Source: Eutreptiella sp. 'Long Island Sound 2002'
Taxonomy: Eukaryota > Protista > Euglenida
Direction of reading: 5' to 3'
DNA length: 64,000 bases
NCBI GenBank assembly: GCA_964036045.1
Contig: OZ038378.1
Location: 16,678,001-16,742,000 of the forward strand
This document shows, in pieces, positions 22,401 to 36,379 of the stretch. The first letter of the stretch is position 1. Every line of letters begins with the position of its first letter. The notes under the pieces are model-generated. The model saw only the letters and a list, made by a program, of their open reading frames with translations, searched no databases and was not told where the DNA came from. The translations under genes were made by a program, and so were the position numbers.

Positions 22401-22849
22401 AGCAAATGTGAAATTTATTGAAAATTAATTATTTCGGCCGCATGGGTCACAAACAGCCTGATACAAAAAAATTAATCAGCAAAATTAATTAATTAAGTGC
22501 GCAGAAGCACAGATTCATTGCATACAAAAAGCAATTAATTGCCAAAATTAATCCATTGGGCGGGTCATTTGTGTGGGTGGGCGGGGGGGTCACTGGAGCC
22601 CCCCAACATAGGGATGTGTGTGTGTGTGTGTGTGTGTGTGTGGAAAAGGAGGGTCCCATGACTGAGCAGTACTAAGGCGGTGGATAAGCAAGGGACAGGC
22701 ATTTCTTGCCCCTTCCCTGCATACATCTTACCCCATTCTGCACCTTGCTTCACTTCTGGAGAAGGTTCATTGATTGGTAATGGTTGGTGGGGTGGCAAGG
22801 TCTCTATAGGTCCCCCTGCCTCTGTCACCATCAGGGATATGGATACTGA

Positions 22850-25800
22850 CTGAGGCCCACATGTGGGCCTCGTAGATGAGAGGTCCTGTTTAGCCGCTTT
22901 GTATTCCATCCCTGCTTTGGGGACCCCCAAGACGGCAGGGATTATGTAGCCATTTCCCCCATACGTGAGCCCCAATGACGGTGAGGGTTATGGAGCCACT
23001 TTGATCCTGTTGGTTGCTTGTTGTCCATATCGCACAGGTTATGTGGGCAAGTTTGACTTGATGTCCGCCTTGGGGATCCCCAAGACGGCAAGGGTTCTAG
23101 AGCCATTTTGCCCACACGTGGGCCCCCTTGCGGGATTGGTTATCCGAGCCACTTAGCCGTTTTCGGGACATTCAAGACCGCATTTTGCCCAAATGCAATT
23201 CCCCAAGATAGCGGGGGGTATGTATGCACATTTAATTTCGTCCCTGCTTTGGGAATCCCCAAGGAGGTAGGGGTTAGGGGGGAACGTTAGTGCGCCGGGC
23301 GCGCGCCGGGCATCTTTTTGGACCCGTGCCCCTCTAGTGGCCTTTTAGGGGGTGCACTAAGGGGGCGCACTTAGCACAGTGCAGCTATTTGGGCGCTTGG
23401 CTGTACTAGAGACCCACACTTTGAGATACTAGGAGCATCATGGTGACCCCTAGCGTAGGTTTTGACTTCTGACTTTGTTCCCTTTGTTGGGGACCCCCGA
23501 GAATGCAGGGGTGACGTAGCATTTCCGCCCTCTTTTGGGCCCCAACCTTCCGGTGCTATTGAGGAAACCGGGACAATGAATGTATTGACACCCACACTTG
23601 TGGGACCAATGTTGTTTGTTAATTCCACTACAAATGACAGTTGGAGTGGTTGAAATCACAGATCCTGCTTTATTTTGCAACGTGCTTTGTAGGGAAGGTG
23701 TGCAGTGCAATGTGGTCTACTTGGGGGGCTTCTCCATGGGAGGGTAAATCTGGGGCTGAAGTCGGGATAGTTAATAGAAAAGTAGCGTGCCGGGCAAACA
23801 TTCCCCCTATGTAAGCACTTTTGATTCCATCCCCGCTTCGGGGACCCCCCAGACGGCAGGGGTTATGTAGCCATCTTGCCCACATGTGGGCCCCCCCCAG
23901 ACGGCACAGGTTGTGTAGCCACTTTTGACTCCGTCCCACTTTTGGGGACCCCCAAGATGGTAGGGGTTATGTAGCCATTTTGCCAACAATTGGGCCCCCA
24001 AGACGGTAGGGTTTATGTAGCCACTTTTGATTCTGTACCCGCCTTTGGAGACCCCCCAAGACAACAGGCATTATGTAGCCATTTTGCCAACTTGCGGGCC
24101 CCAGAGACGGCAGGGGTTCTATCGCAAATTTTTATGTCGTCCCGTATTTTGGGACCCCCAAGACAACAGGGCTTATGTAGCCATTTTGCCCAGGTGTAGC
24201 CCCCAAAGGAGGCAAGGGTTTTGTAAGCAATTTGATTCTATTGCTGCTTTCGGGACCCCCCAGACGGTAGGGCCCATGCAGCCCTCTTGCCCATATGTGG
24301 GCCCCGTAGACGGCAAGGGTTGTTCAACCATTTAGATTTTGAGCCCCCATCGTTGCCATTTGGCATCTTTCCCACATGTTGGCCCTAGAGATGGCTTATG
24401 TAGCCCTTTTGCCCACATGTGGACCCTCAAGCCTTCAAGCTTTTTGCAGCCACTTTGATTCCCTCTTCGTTTGGGGGACTCCCAAGACGACGCGGGTTAT
24501 GTATCTCATTTGCCCACATGTGGGCCTCGTGGACGGCAGGGGTTCTTTCGCCTCTTTGGCTTTTGTCCTTGCTTTGGGGAGCCCCAACAAGACATGGTTT
24601 CTGTTGCCATTTAACCCAAACTTTGGTCCCCCAAGCCGGTAGGGGTTATGTCGCCACTCTTGATACTGTTCCCTCTCTAGGGACCGCCAAGACGGTGGGC
24701 GTCGTGCTGCCATGTTGCCGTATTTCCTCCGTGCGGGCCCCATAGACAGATAGGGGATATTCAACTTTTTTGGATTATGTTGCCCCTTTTGAGAACCCAA
24801 GAAGGCATGGGTTATGGAGCTATTCAGCCCATATGTGGGCCCCCAAGATGCATTTGGTTATGCGGCCATTTTTGATTCCGCACCCACTTCGGGGACACCC
24901 AAGACGGTACGGGTTATGTAGCCATATTGCCCACATGTGGGCCCCCAAGGTGGCATTGGTTATGTCCCTACTTTTGATTGTGTCTCACCTTTGGTGACCC
25001 CAAGACACCAAAACTTATGGAGCCATTTTGCCCACTTGTGGCGCCCCAAGTCAGCAAGGATTGATGACCCATCTTACATTCCATCCCCGCTTTGGTTGTT
25101 TATGATTCCGTCGCTACTTTGCCGACTCCCAAGGACGGCATGGATTATCATACCATTTGCCCATGTGTGGGCCCCGCATCGGCATGATTTTTGTAGCCAC
25201 TTTGGATTCCGTTCTCTTTTTGGCGACCTTCATGACGGTCGGCGTTACATAGCCACTTTTGATTTTGTTCCCCCTTTGCGGACCCCAAGAAGGCAAGGGT
25301 TATGCCATTTTGCCCTCATTTGGCCATTTTGCCCTCATGTGGGCCTTCAAGATGGCATGCGTCATGTAGCCGGTTTTCATTTCGTCTCTGCATCGGGGAC
25401 CCCGAAGATGGCAAGGGTTATGTAGCCACATTTGATTCCGTCCCCTTTGAGGACCACCAAGACGGCAAGGTTTTTTGAACCACTTTTAAACTTGTGAGTG
25501 TTTCGCGGTAACCCATATGGTAGCCATAATGAGGCCTCTTTTGATTCCGTCCCCTCATAGCAGATCCCTAAGAATGCAGGCGTTGCATAGCCAATTTGCC
25601 CACATGTGGTCTCCCAAGATGAGAGGGGTTATGTAGCCATTTTGGCTTCCGTGATTCCTTTACAGACCTTCAAGACGGCAGGAGTTATGCAGCCATTTTG
25701 CCCACATTTGGGCCCCCACACGGCAGAGGTTGTCTAGCCACTTTGTATTCCATCTCCGCTTTGTAGACCGCCAAGACACCATTGTGCCCACATTTGAGGC

Positions 25801-26260
25801 CCCACGAAGGCAGGGGTTGTGCGGCCATGTTTGACCCCCCTTCTTGCTTTGTGTCACCCCATATGGCAAAGGATATGTAGCAACTCCTAATTTTGTGGTC
25901 ACTTTGGGGATCATCAAGATGCCATCGGCTACAGAGGGTCTTTGGATTTCGTTCTTGCTTGTGGGACCCCCAAGGCGGCAAGGGTTATGTCGACATATTC
26001 TGCACATTTGGGGCACCAAGACGGCTAGAATTCCGTACCCAGTGCTGACTCCGTCCTCGCTTTGGAGACCCCCAAGACGGTAGGGGTTATGGTCGCCATT
26101 TTTGCCAAATGTGGGCATCCAAGACAGCACGGGTTATGTCGCCACTTTTGAGTCGGTCCCTACTTAGGGGACCCCCTCAAAGGCATGGCTTATGTAGCCC
26201 ATTTGCCCACATGTAGGTGTTGTAGACGGAGAGGGTTATAACGCAGCCTTTGATTCCCTC
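22850..26260. repeat. Degenerate satellite of about 100-bp dimeric units (GACCCCCAAGACGGCARGGGTTATGTAGCCA...)
   Basis: Many diverged copies, alternately ending TTTGCCCACATGTGGGCC or CTTTTGATTCCGTCCC. Confidence 0.85.
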
Positions 26261-29200
26261 CCTGCTTCTTTGATCAATTCCAACATGTTTCTCGTTGCTT
26301 CAATCACGCTTGATGATGCACAAAGTGGCCAATTACAAAGCATTCTGGGGGGTCATCGAGGCTCACTATGGCTGCTTGCAGCCTTTAGGCCCCGGCGTGG
26401 TATCCTAGCGCCACCCCACTACAGTATTGCTCGCTGCGGCTACGAGTGGGCCCACACCTATTAGTTGTGTCACTTACGCTGAAAAAGAGACAACCCATGT
26501 GCAGCAAAGCTTTGTCTTGGCTTTTGTCCCACCTACTGACCAACGCTCCTGCTTTGTATTCTAGATCGAAAGCTTCGAGGAGGATGCATCCGTGTGACGC
26601 TCACCCAGGTCCTTGCTTACCACACTTTGCCAACCCCACACCCGACTCTTGGGCTTTTGCTCACAATGTGCCAGTGGGCGGGCCACCTCGTCTTTGGTGC
26701 GGTGTACTCTAAGGCACAACCAGTAAAAGTGGGTGAGTGAAATGTGTGTGATGTGTGGATTCGCTCGGCCGAGGCGAAAACCCGGCACACCTCGTGTGCA
26801 CTGCCGTGCACAAAAAGCCAGCGCAGCCGGCGATTTGTTGGGTAAGAGAGGAGGGAACGTGGGCGCCTTATTAAGAGAGGTTGCCTCATTAATAGAGCAG
26901 ACAGTAGGGTGATGCTGACTATGGTGTTAGGACCATCCATAAAGGGACCCGGCGCACCCGGTGGAAAACCACACTCTCTAGCCGGCACTTCCGGTGGCCC
27001 GTGTGCCACAATATCATATTTACAATGGGTTGCGCAAGGAAGAGGGTGAGTCCGCTGGCGCACACGGCAGCAGCAAGACGGCAACAACAGGGGTTTGTTG
27101 TGGGTCTATGCAGGAAAGTTGGAACGTGCACCAAGCTCACGTAGCCTGTACGCTGCCACACACAAAACGCCGGCATAGCTGGTGCCCGCGGGGAAAGTTA
27201 GGAGGGGAACAGGTGGTAGGGTGATGGTGAGTAAAGGGGAAGGACCAGAGGATATGGTGTGTGGAAGGGTGATTGTGATGTGATAGGGGGGGGGGAGGTC
27301 TTATGGGCTAGGGCCCGGGGGCGGTGGAGGGGGGGGGGGGGCACCAACCGCCATGGGCACGCAGGAGCGAAGCGCATCATGGCTCGCAAAGTGCTATCAA
27401 GTAAGCAAAGGTGTAGAGAGGTGACGGCCCATGAAAAAGGCATGTGCACTATCCGCATCGTGGCGAAGATAGTGAAAGTGGCTTTCAACGATCATTGCCG
27501 ATTTAGTGCTCCAGTTCGTTGAGGCAGATGTGTATGACAGAGTATTAGGGGAGGTGGGGAAGGTGGTGAACAAATTAGTCGCCGGCAATGGGACGCGCGG
27601 GGGGGGGGGTACCTCCCCTGGGCATCCCTATTTTTACTCGTGCACACACGCTCAAATGTACCAAAAGGGGGCACGCCGTCCGGATTGTGCGCTCCCAACA
27701 CAAGTTCCCGTTTGCGTTGGTACCGCACATAGCTCGCGTCTTCTTGGTTGACGCGTAGGATCATTGATGGGGGGGGGGTCAAGAAGTGTTGAATGGACAG
27801 TCATTCCCATCGCTTTTTTGGTGTGGGACCCATTCCGGCCCTACGGCCCTCCGCAAGGACAACGGGCCAACAAAGGGTCGCGGTGTTTTGTGTTTACCTT
27901 TTGAGGGTTGCTGCAGAGTCAAGGCAGACGGTAGTGCGGATGGCGGTTAAAAGAGGTGCATGCCTGGGGTTACAACTCTATCAGATGTGCCGTACATGCC
28001 ATGAGGAGTCAAAAAAAGGGTTGTGTAAGAGGACACGGTGGGGGAAGGGGGGGGGTTGACCATCCGGCAATGGATCCCGTCGGTGGTGAGAGACTACTTT
28101 AATGGTGCAAGTAAATGCCCATTTGCGTGCAATTCGATCATTCGATCGATGTTAATCTAGGACTTGCGGTGGACAAAGGCCGCGAGGGGCTCGTCAAGGA
28201 ACAGAAGCACTAGTGCTGGGGCGAAATTACGGAGCTCCGCCCTCTTCTTGGGTCATGACAACCAAGACTGCACGACCAGTGCCCGTGATGGACCGCATGC
28301 GTAGGCAAGCCGTATTGGGTGCATTTGCATCCGGGGGCAAAGGCCTAAGTTTGAAATTCCATTAATAGCGTGGGATTCGTCATAGACTAGGCATTGACGG
28401 TCGACAACATCCCACAAGGGGCCGGCACCATGTATGACTTTGACCCCCCAAAACCTATATGGCAGTGAAACGGCTAAATTGGTAGTATTTGTGTGCCGAG
28501 TCAAGGCTAATGGGGAATTTTGTACCGGTACGTCTGTGCTTCGCGTATGACCTACAACCTGCACCGGCAAATTTGTGCATTTGCATGTCTCTTCTAAACG
28601 TAATTTATTGTGCTCAATGGTGGACGGGGGGGGGGGGGTTGTCGGTGGGTGTGGGTCACAATGCAAGCGTACAAGGTGTACTTGGCGAAGGTGCCCGCCA
28701 CCCACCTTGTTCTCTTCAAAGCCCACATGCAATTTGATCTACCCTCGCCCATAGTGAATGAGAGGCAAGTCGTGAATGATGTGAAATCATGTTTTTAGCG
28801 TGGACGAAGACATAGGCGGACAAGGTGTTTGTTACAGGAACCACTCAATAACATTTCCGAGCTGTGAGTTATCTATGCAAAAAAAATACCCAGTGTGTTG
28901 AGATAACACACCCTTTGCACCAAAGACGAAAATTCGGGGTCTCTGCTACCACTATAAGGGCATCTGACGGATAGGGCGGTTCCGTCGGGCCACAACATAT
29001 TTTCCGGCGGATCCGGTGGGTCTCAAAAACCATCCCAAAAAACCTACCCCCGGTTGTGTGCCTCGCGGTGTGTGACGGCCTTGACCACGCATTTCCAAGA
29101 GACATCGGGAGGGCCGTGTGGTAGCTTTGGTGATCTCCGAAATAGGAATAGATGCCCATGAGGCGCCGTCTCAATGCACTAAGAGCGAAACGGTAAGGAG

Positions 29201-29299
29201 TAGGGGGGGAGGGCCAATGCAACGCATAGGCGGTAGTGGGCAAGTGCCAAACAACGGGCTGATGACAGGGGACTGGGCTCTGTGGACTGTGGGAGATAG

Positions 29300-30450
29300 A
29301 TGGCAAAATGATGGAATTTGACCGCCATGTCCTTTGTTGCCGTCTTCACGGCGTCCAATCGTTGCACGGGCATGTGCATGCCAGCCTCTTGTCGCAAGAA
29401 CAGTTCGTTCCATGCATCGTCCATGATGAACTCGATGGTGCCTGATGCTCGGCACACGTTGGGTGTATGCCGTGAAAGCGGGCACATAGGTTCATGCCCA
29501 AGACCGTATGCAACGTGTTGTTGATGGTTGTTTGTAACCGCGGGACATCTTTCACCCAAGCTTGCATGATGGAATTCTTGGCCATGCCCTGAATCAACCT
29601 CTTCACAAAGGCTCCGTCTATGGATGGTATGTAGTTGTCGGGTGTAGCAAGATACCATTTGAGTCCGTCTGGTGAGGCAAGACCGCCCGACTGTGCCGGC
29701 CTAAATTAAAATTCAACGCACATAGTGTCACTTAGCTGGAGGTCGTTTGCCCCGCAAGGGTTCTATTAGCCAAACCCGTGGCGGTGTCCGCCGAGTTGGT
29801 ACTTGGCATCAACAAAAGAGCTTTGAAGCCATTTCGCTTGAGAGCCTGTGACTTATTGTCGAACCTAGCAGAGGCCGTGGAGCTGCTGGTCGGAGATTGG
29901 GCCAGCTAAAAGACAACGGGCAATTGTTGGGATCAGCTGCATATGCACACGGGAAACAAGTTCCTATGCCATGAGCTCCACGGGGCCTAAGTTGGCACAG
30001 AAAGAATTATTTTCAGCTTTTATGAAATGAATAGCTTGGTGCTCGTTGTCCGAGGCATAACAATAGACACCAAGATATTCTAAACTCGGCATGAGCATTG
30101 CCATTTATTTGTCTGGAGGAGATGGCAGCCCGAAAAATTGAATGTATGATACTATGCCTTTTGCTCTGGAATGCGTGCAGTTCGGTTTCTTCGACGTTAA
30201 TGTCTTGCCTGAGGGAACGTGCAAGCCGGTTGAATGCCTTGAAAATCGTCTTGATTATTGTGATGGAGGGCGCGAAGCCGACTCTCGCCAACAAAGGTAT
30301 GTATGCTTTTTTCAAGTCCCCAAAAACGTTGGTATTGGGGGCTTTGGCACCACACTCGTCGGATCCACAACTCATACACATGCGGCGCTTTTTGTTTGAT
30401 CCATCACGTTCTCGGTCCGTGCACGTAGCGATTTCCGGGCAAGGGTCCAT
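29300..30450 (-). pseudogene. Degraded non-LTR RT remnant, possibly CRE/SLACS-like
   Basis: Fragmentary motifs in RT order across frames: APWSSWHRNLF, KYQLGG, LNFNLGRHSRAVL, RLIQG, IEFIMDDAW. Many stops and shifts. Confidence 0.4.
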
Positions 30451-30689
30451 GAGGTGGCCCGGTTCTCCACAAAGGTGGCATGTTTTCTCCGACGGTGCTT
30501 TTCTATTTTTGGCTGCAGTGGCGGCAAAGCACTCGCTTGTCGTGTGGCCAATGTCCCAACTATCATGCTAGGTGCAATACTTTTTGCCACGTGGTTTTGG
30601 AGCCATGGTGGTCTTGAAGTGAAAAAATAGAGAATTGGGTGGCGATTAGTTTGGTGGCGGTGTTAGCGGCTCTTAGTGTTGTTGTATGA

Positions 30690-31420
30690 CTATGAGTATG
30701 TTCTTCGGTGTGTTGTTGTTCTGCGGTGTGTTGTTGTTGGTGCGCAGATAGGTAACACCAACGCACAAACTACAAACAACCACAAAAAGACGTAACAAAC
30801 GCAAAGCACAAATCACCACATCCCCACAAATACACATACAGCCAACACAACATCTAGCAACGCAAGGCAGTACAAATGAGCGCAAAATAATTCAAAGAAA
30901 TCACAATCACAACACAACAAGCAACAACCAACAACAACAAAACGCCAACACTAACAGACACACAGAAACAAAAAACCACGATCAACAAACAAACCCGCAA
31001 CGATCAACAAGAATTACCACAACGCAAGGTAACACACGGCCATCACAACCATGGGCACACACACAATACAGCCCAGAATCTAGACCAAAAGATGCACGTC
31101 AAGACAAGCAACCAAAGACTGTATCAAACACTAACAATCCCACAACAACCACCATACAGCACACAAACAACAACTGGCTTACAAATCTCACAGATCTACA
31201 CCGCAAAAGTGCGATACTAACAGGAACACCACTGAATGCACCGCAGTCTCAAACAGAGATGGACAAAAAGAGCCAAACCACACAACCAGCCAGAAGGCAA
31301 ATGACAAACAACACACGGTATGACAAACCAAGCCATCTTTACAGACGCAAATAGACCAAACAAGCAAACGAACAAAATAGACAAGAATAGCAACAAAGGC
31401 AATAAAAATGCAATTTGCTT
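30690..31420. repeat. CAA/ACA-rich low-complexity tract
   Basis: Directly visible A/C-biased sequence. Confidence 0.8.
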
Positions 31421-32329
31421 GTCATTTGTTTTGTTGTCTTTTTGGCGTTCATCGGCTGCTTTTTGCGTCTTAGGTGCTTTACTTTTGATCGAGTGCTGTG
31501 TCTTTATTATCAGGTTGTTTGTCATGGTGTTCCAAGAGTTCCAAACACAGTCTTGTATGCTTCGTCAGGCGGGGGATGGGGCGCGGCGTCACTAGTAAGC
31601 AAAGCAATAGCAATGAAGACCACACAGACGAATCACGAAACAAAGAGTCGGCAACGCATCGGTCTTTCCACATATAAGGTAAAGTGCCCTAATCGAGGCC
31701 GCTGCTCTAACTCAGGGCCACTTTGGGCTTATGTTGTCTTTTGTGCAAAATCCTTTGACACTCGCTACCAATGGCCCTTGCCATGTCCCAATTGTCTCTC
31801 CTAGCAAGGAAACGCATCAAACGCAAGGAACTGACTCGGAAGTGAGGCAGATCCTTCATTTGAAAAACTACCAAATGTCTTGTGATTTGGGGCAATGTTC
31901 TACCTCAACAATGTAGGCTGTGACCAAAAATCTAGAAAAAATTGAAAGCGCTGGCTGAAAATCGTCGATGCATGGGTAGCCTCGAAAGGGGCGAGGGGTG
32001 TAGAGCGCAGCTTTTTAGGCCATATATATTTAGTTTTTTCTCAACAGTCCTTCCACCGAGAACGGTTTTGCAAACGGTACTCTGAGGCCCGCGCCGGCAT
32101 ATGTTACCTAAAAAAAACTGGCCCCCCGCATCTGCAGAAATCGGCCAAAAAAAGCCAAATTGAAGGTGGCCCTTGATAGGGTTAAGACATAAACCTGCAT
32201 GTGGGAGCCAGTGTGTGTTTGCATGGCTAATCTGTAGCCTTGTTTTTCTATTCATACCATTGTTGAGCACCGGGGCAATCGGGCGAGGGCAGAGGTGTGC
32301 GCGATGCTCTGCAGGGCCTATCAGGACCA

Positions 32330-35110
32330 TTTATTTTTATGCTTGCAGAAGAGCGACGTCCAGGATGCTACCTCGCCGTATTTAGTTCAGAGGGATGTGT
32401 AAACCGCTGTTAGGTTCAACTCCAGCGAAGCTGTGAACAGACGGTAGTGGTAACTTTTCTGACCCAGGTTCGGGACCAAAGAGGAAACCACAAAGGGCTA
32501 GTTCGCGGCTGCCCCGGCTGCCAAGGTTTACTCCCGGGAGTTTGCGCATCATATACAGAAAGTTGTCGTTGTACCGTGTACAAGGTCTTCACTAAGACCC
32601 TCATGGCGAGTCACTCGAACCACATGAATAGGTCCCCGGAGAGGAGTTGATTGGGAAGGTTGTGGAAGAAGAGTAGCTTGTTCACCCGGACAAGGAACTG
32701 CCGGAACATAGGCTGTCCAGCATCCATGTTGGCCCAAAATTTAGCGCGATTGGACAAAAACCTCCCTATTGCAAAATCGGGTTTGTCACAATCCTTTGCT
32801 TTGTGAGGTCTCGCACAATTGTGTGGCGTGAGTCAAACATCCCTACAACCATGAAGCAATACCTATGCTCCACCCTCCGAGTGGTATCTAAAAGCCACCC
32901 CAAGGCCGGTGATTTCTGCCAGTCCCACCGGCCCCGCGTATCTACTGCAACCCTCCGCGACCTGGTCCTCAACCCCTCTCACTGCAGCTGTCAACACATG
33001 CGTACACTCTACTTGATCCCACCACTGGAAGGCCACTGCTTCACCCGATCTTTCGACTGGCTTTCTACCTAGTTCCCCGACCAAGGGAACACATGCGTCT
33101 TACACCAAAATCTGAGAACAGCCTCCTGCCGTCATGGCGCAATGTCTATAAGGATGCTAGCGGGCAACTGTACAGGGCTCTAGACGATGTGCAGAGGCTA
33201 TCGGCGAGTGAACGACGCCATGTTGCATCTCAAGTCCTCAATACTCTGCGTGGGGAATATATGTCACCGACACAACACACCCCGTGTACCAACACTGTCG
33301 CGGCGGTGCAATCACAGCAACGGCGTCTCCCCAAAGAGTGGGTATGTGGGGTCTTTGACAAGGGTATAGTGGGGGTATGGGGTGGCTGTAAACAACTCTT
33401 CTAGCCCCAAACGCTTTATGCCCTTGGTAGAGTATGATACGAAGCTTGAGTTCAGTGTACAACGGTCCTCATTTATTTCGCATGTTGCCAGACGATATTT
33501 CATTGGAGGCCAACGTGCACCTATTGCTCCATTCGATCCTGCCCTCTCCCTTAGAGCGACTCATGCTTTGCGCGCTGCCCATGAGATGCATTTCCACAAC
33601 TCCCTCTGCCCTGTAACGGCCAAATGCAATGCCCTGATCTCCCGGTGTATCCAGAAAACGGAACGTGCCTTGCGGGCGTACGCCCAACGCCAGCAGTCCA
33701 CATCCACTGGTATATCCACGGTACGCCAGCTAACCCAGCGCCTCAAAGGCCCGCAGCGCCATGCCCACCCACGCCCACGCCTAACCGACACCAGGGGCAC
33801 CGGTAAAAAATGCATGAAACCATTACCCTGCCCGGACTGTTAGTTGCTTGTCAAATGGAAGCCTGATCAACAAACCCAGCTACCATTGATTAAGGGGACA
33901 GAAGTGTTCTCTTGTGTGTTACATCCCCGTAAACTTGACCGAGCCCTCACCTTGTTCTGGAAAGAGGTGGTTTCTGTGCTTGCCCCGAGGGAAATTATAT
34001 CAATGTCAAGCCTCCTCCATTGTGTGCGTGACTGGACCAAAAATTGTGATGCGTCCTCCGATTGGGTATGGGTGGAGTATGACACACGCAAGATGTTCCC
34101 TGAAATTCCCCGCCACGAAATACGCAATGCCTTGACCAAACCACACGACCGAGTACATGCCAAGCGATCCACACGGGGACCCATAAACTTTTTTCTTGAG
34201 CCGAGATGCTAACAGGAAATTGGACAACATGTCCAGGAACCAACAAGCCCATTTTACACGAATCACATTCCATGATGTTTTGCATGTGGTGTTGTACGAC
34301 CTACAGTTGAACGACCCTTTTCTCTGTCTCACATCGGTGCTCTCACAAAATACCGGCATTCCAATAGGCGGACCGATGTCTGCCCAAATGGCGTCCCCCA
34401 CGCTTATTTATCGAGAGGTTGTGTGGCCCCTGCCGTGGGGGTTGCAGCACACCCTGTGGGTCCACAATTGGTGGTTGTGCACAAAACCGATGTGGAGTTT
34501 GGTCCTAAAGAATTGTGTCTCTATTTCCGGTCCGCGCATGAGGCCCTAATGGCAACCACGGAATTGGAAGGAGTGATTGATTTCGATGGGGAAGTTCTAC
34601 CGGTGGAACGATTTTTGCGTACTTCTTTGGTACCTAATACCAATGTGTTCAATCATTCTTCGTCCTGCGGAAGTGCTTTCTCCCCTCAACAAATGGCGTA
34701 CCATGTCCCCACGCAGTTTAGCTTTGTGTTCAAAAACTTGAAACACAATCCAAGGTTACGAGCAGACTTACGTGCCTAAGCGACCAAGAAACTAGGGACA
34801 AGTTAGTGCAAACAAAACGTGCTGGCAGCCAAGGTCGAATCGAAGCAGAAAGGGGTTTGGTGAATTCTTCATCATGGCTTACAAATACGGGGTAATAGGT
34901 TGGAACTCCAACGTATTGAGCGAAAGCTGCCAAGCCGTGCCAAAACAAAATTACACCGGGGGGATACCGCTCGGAATCGAGCACAACCTTTCCCATAGAT
35001 AGCATGAGATATGGACGCACACGGATTAGGACGCGCGCGGCTGTGCTGCAAAGCCGTATTCGACAGTCATTTGTTGCAAACATGTTATTTAGCATTGTGA
35101 AGCAACCAAA
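32330..35110 (+). mobile_element. Second, degenerate Penelope-like element with the same permuted layout
   Basis: PGCYLAVF (possible GIY-YIG strand), HCSCQH...EGHCF, VFDKG, VEYDTRKMFPEI, GIPIGGPMSAQMAS. Frameshifted and diverged from the 4617-9470 element. Confidence 0.7.
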
Positions 35111-35654
35111 CTAAGCTCCATTCGGCTGCATAAATCTTCAAATGAAATCGCTTGTGAATGGTACAATCTCTCTGAATTTGAAATTGAGTGTTGTGTGTTG
35201 CAATGTGATACAGTATGCAAAACGGAAGTTTTTGGAACCTGGTTCGTTGTGCATCTCCAAACTATAGTTGATAACAGATAACAGACTTTGGGTTTCATTG
35301 CTTAGAAGGGACCCCAATATGAGGCCAAGAGCACGCTCCAAGGATGTAGATGGCTTTCCGTTTGCAAAATTTGGACCCTTTTCCACTCGTTCTCCAAAAT
35401 CTCATGGACATCCCAAAAAGTGACTTGATTCATCTTGTTCATGCCCTATAACATTGGCATTCGATCATTGCATGCCTTTGCTCGCCTAAGCCCAACCGTA
35501 GAGTCCAAGCCTGCATTTCGTCCAATTTACATACGGAAACAAGAACACTATGTTGTTGTACAACAATTGAACAACAGGTAATTGGCAGGGGGAGAGGTAT
35601 TTTTCACCTCCGTGTTGGGGTTATGTTAACACATCCACTCTTGTTGTGTGATGG

Positions 35655-36005
35655 TATGTTGTGTTGTGTTGTGCTGTGTTGTATTGTGTTGTGTTGTGTT
35701 GTGTTGTGTTGTGTTGTGTTGTGTTGTGTTGTGTTGTGTTGTGTTGTGTTGTGTTGTGTTGTGTTGTGTTGTGTTGTGTTGTGTTGTGTTGTATTGTGTT
35801 GTGTTGTGTTGTGTTGTGTTGTGTTGTGTTGTGTTGTGTTGTGTTGTGTTGTGTTGTGTTGTGTTGTGTTGTGTTGTGTTGTGTTGTGTTGTGTTGTGTT
35901 GTGTTGTGTTGTGTTGTGTTGTGTTGTGTTGTGTTGTGTTGTGTTTTTCCTTTTGTTTTCTTTTGTGTTGTGTGGTGTTGTGTTGTGTTGCGTTCTTGTG
36001 TTGTG
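35655..36005. repeat. (GTGTT)n pentanucleotide microsatellite
   Basis: Directly visible. Confidence 0.97.
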
Positions 36006-36049
36006 TTCGGTACGGTTCCGGCCCGACCTTCGTGTGTGTCCTACCCTAC

Positions 36050-36355
36050 AAGGGGGGGGGTGTCCGAGGCCATTTCAGCGTGCCCCAGGACCCCCCCCCC
36101 CCCCGTGGGGGTAGGCCATTGTTGGGAGGCTGAGTTTTGGGACCCGGCGCCGAAAGGGCCAATTTTTTTTTGCCCTTGGCTATAGAGTGGTGGTTAAATT
36201 TTTTTTCTGCGTTGGTGGGTCGGTGGGTTGGAGCCACCCCCCCCTCCCCCCCGTGGGGGTAGGCCATTTCTGGATGGGTAGGTCCGCCGGAAATTTTGGG
36301 TGGGTGGGTCTTCCAATCAATCCCCCTCCCCGCCCCCCCCCGCCCCCGTGGTTAA
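36050..36355. mobile_element. Short poly-G/poly-C-bounded insertion, MITE-like
   Basis: Starts with a G-run, ends with a C-run, and has an internal duplicated CCCCGTGGGGGTAGGCCATT. Confidence 0.4.
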
Positions 36356-36379
36356 GCCTAGGCCTAGTTGGGTTAGGTT

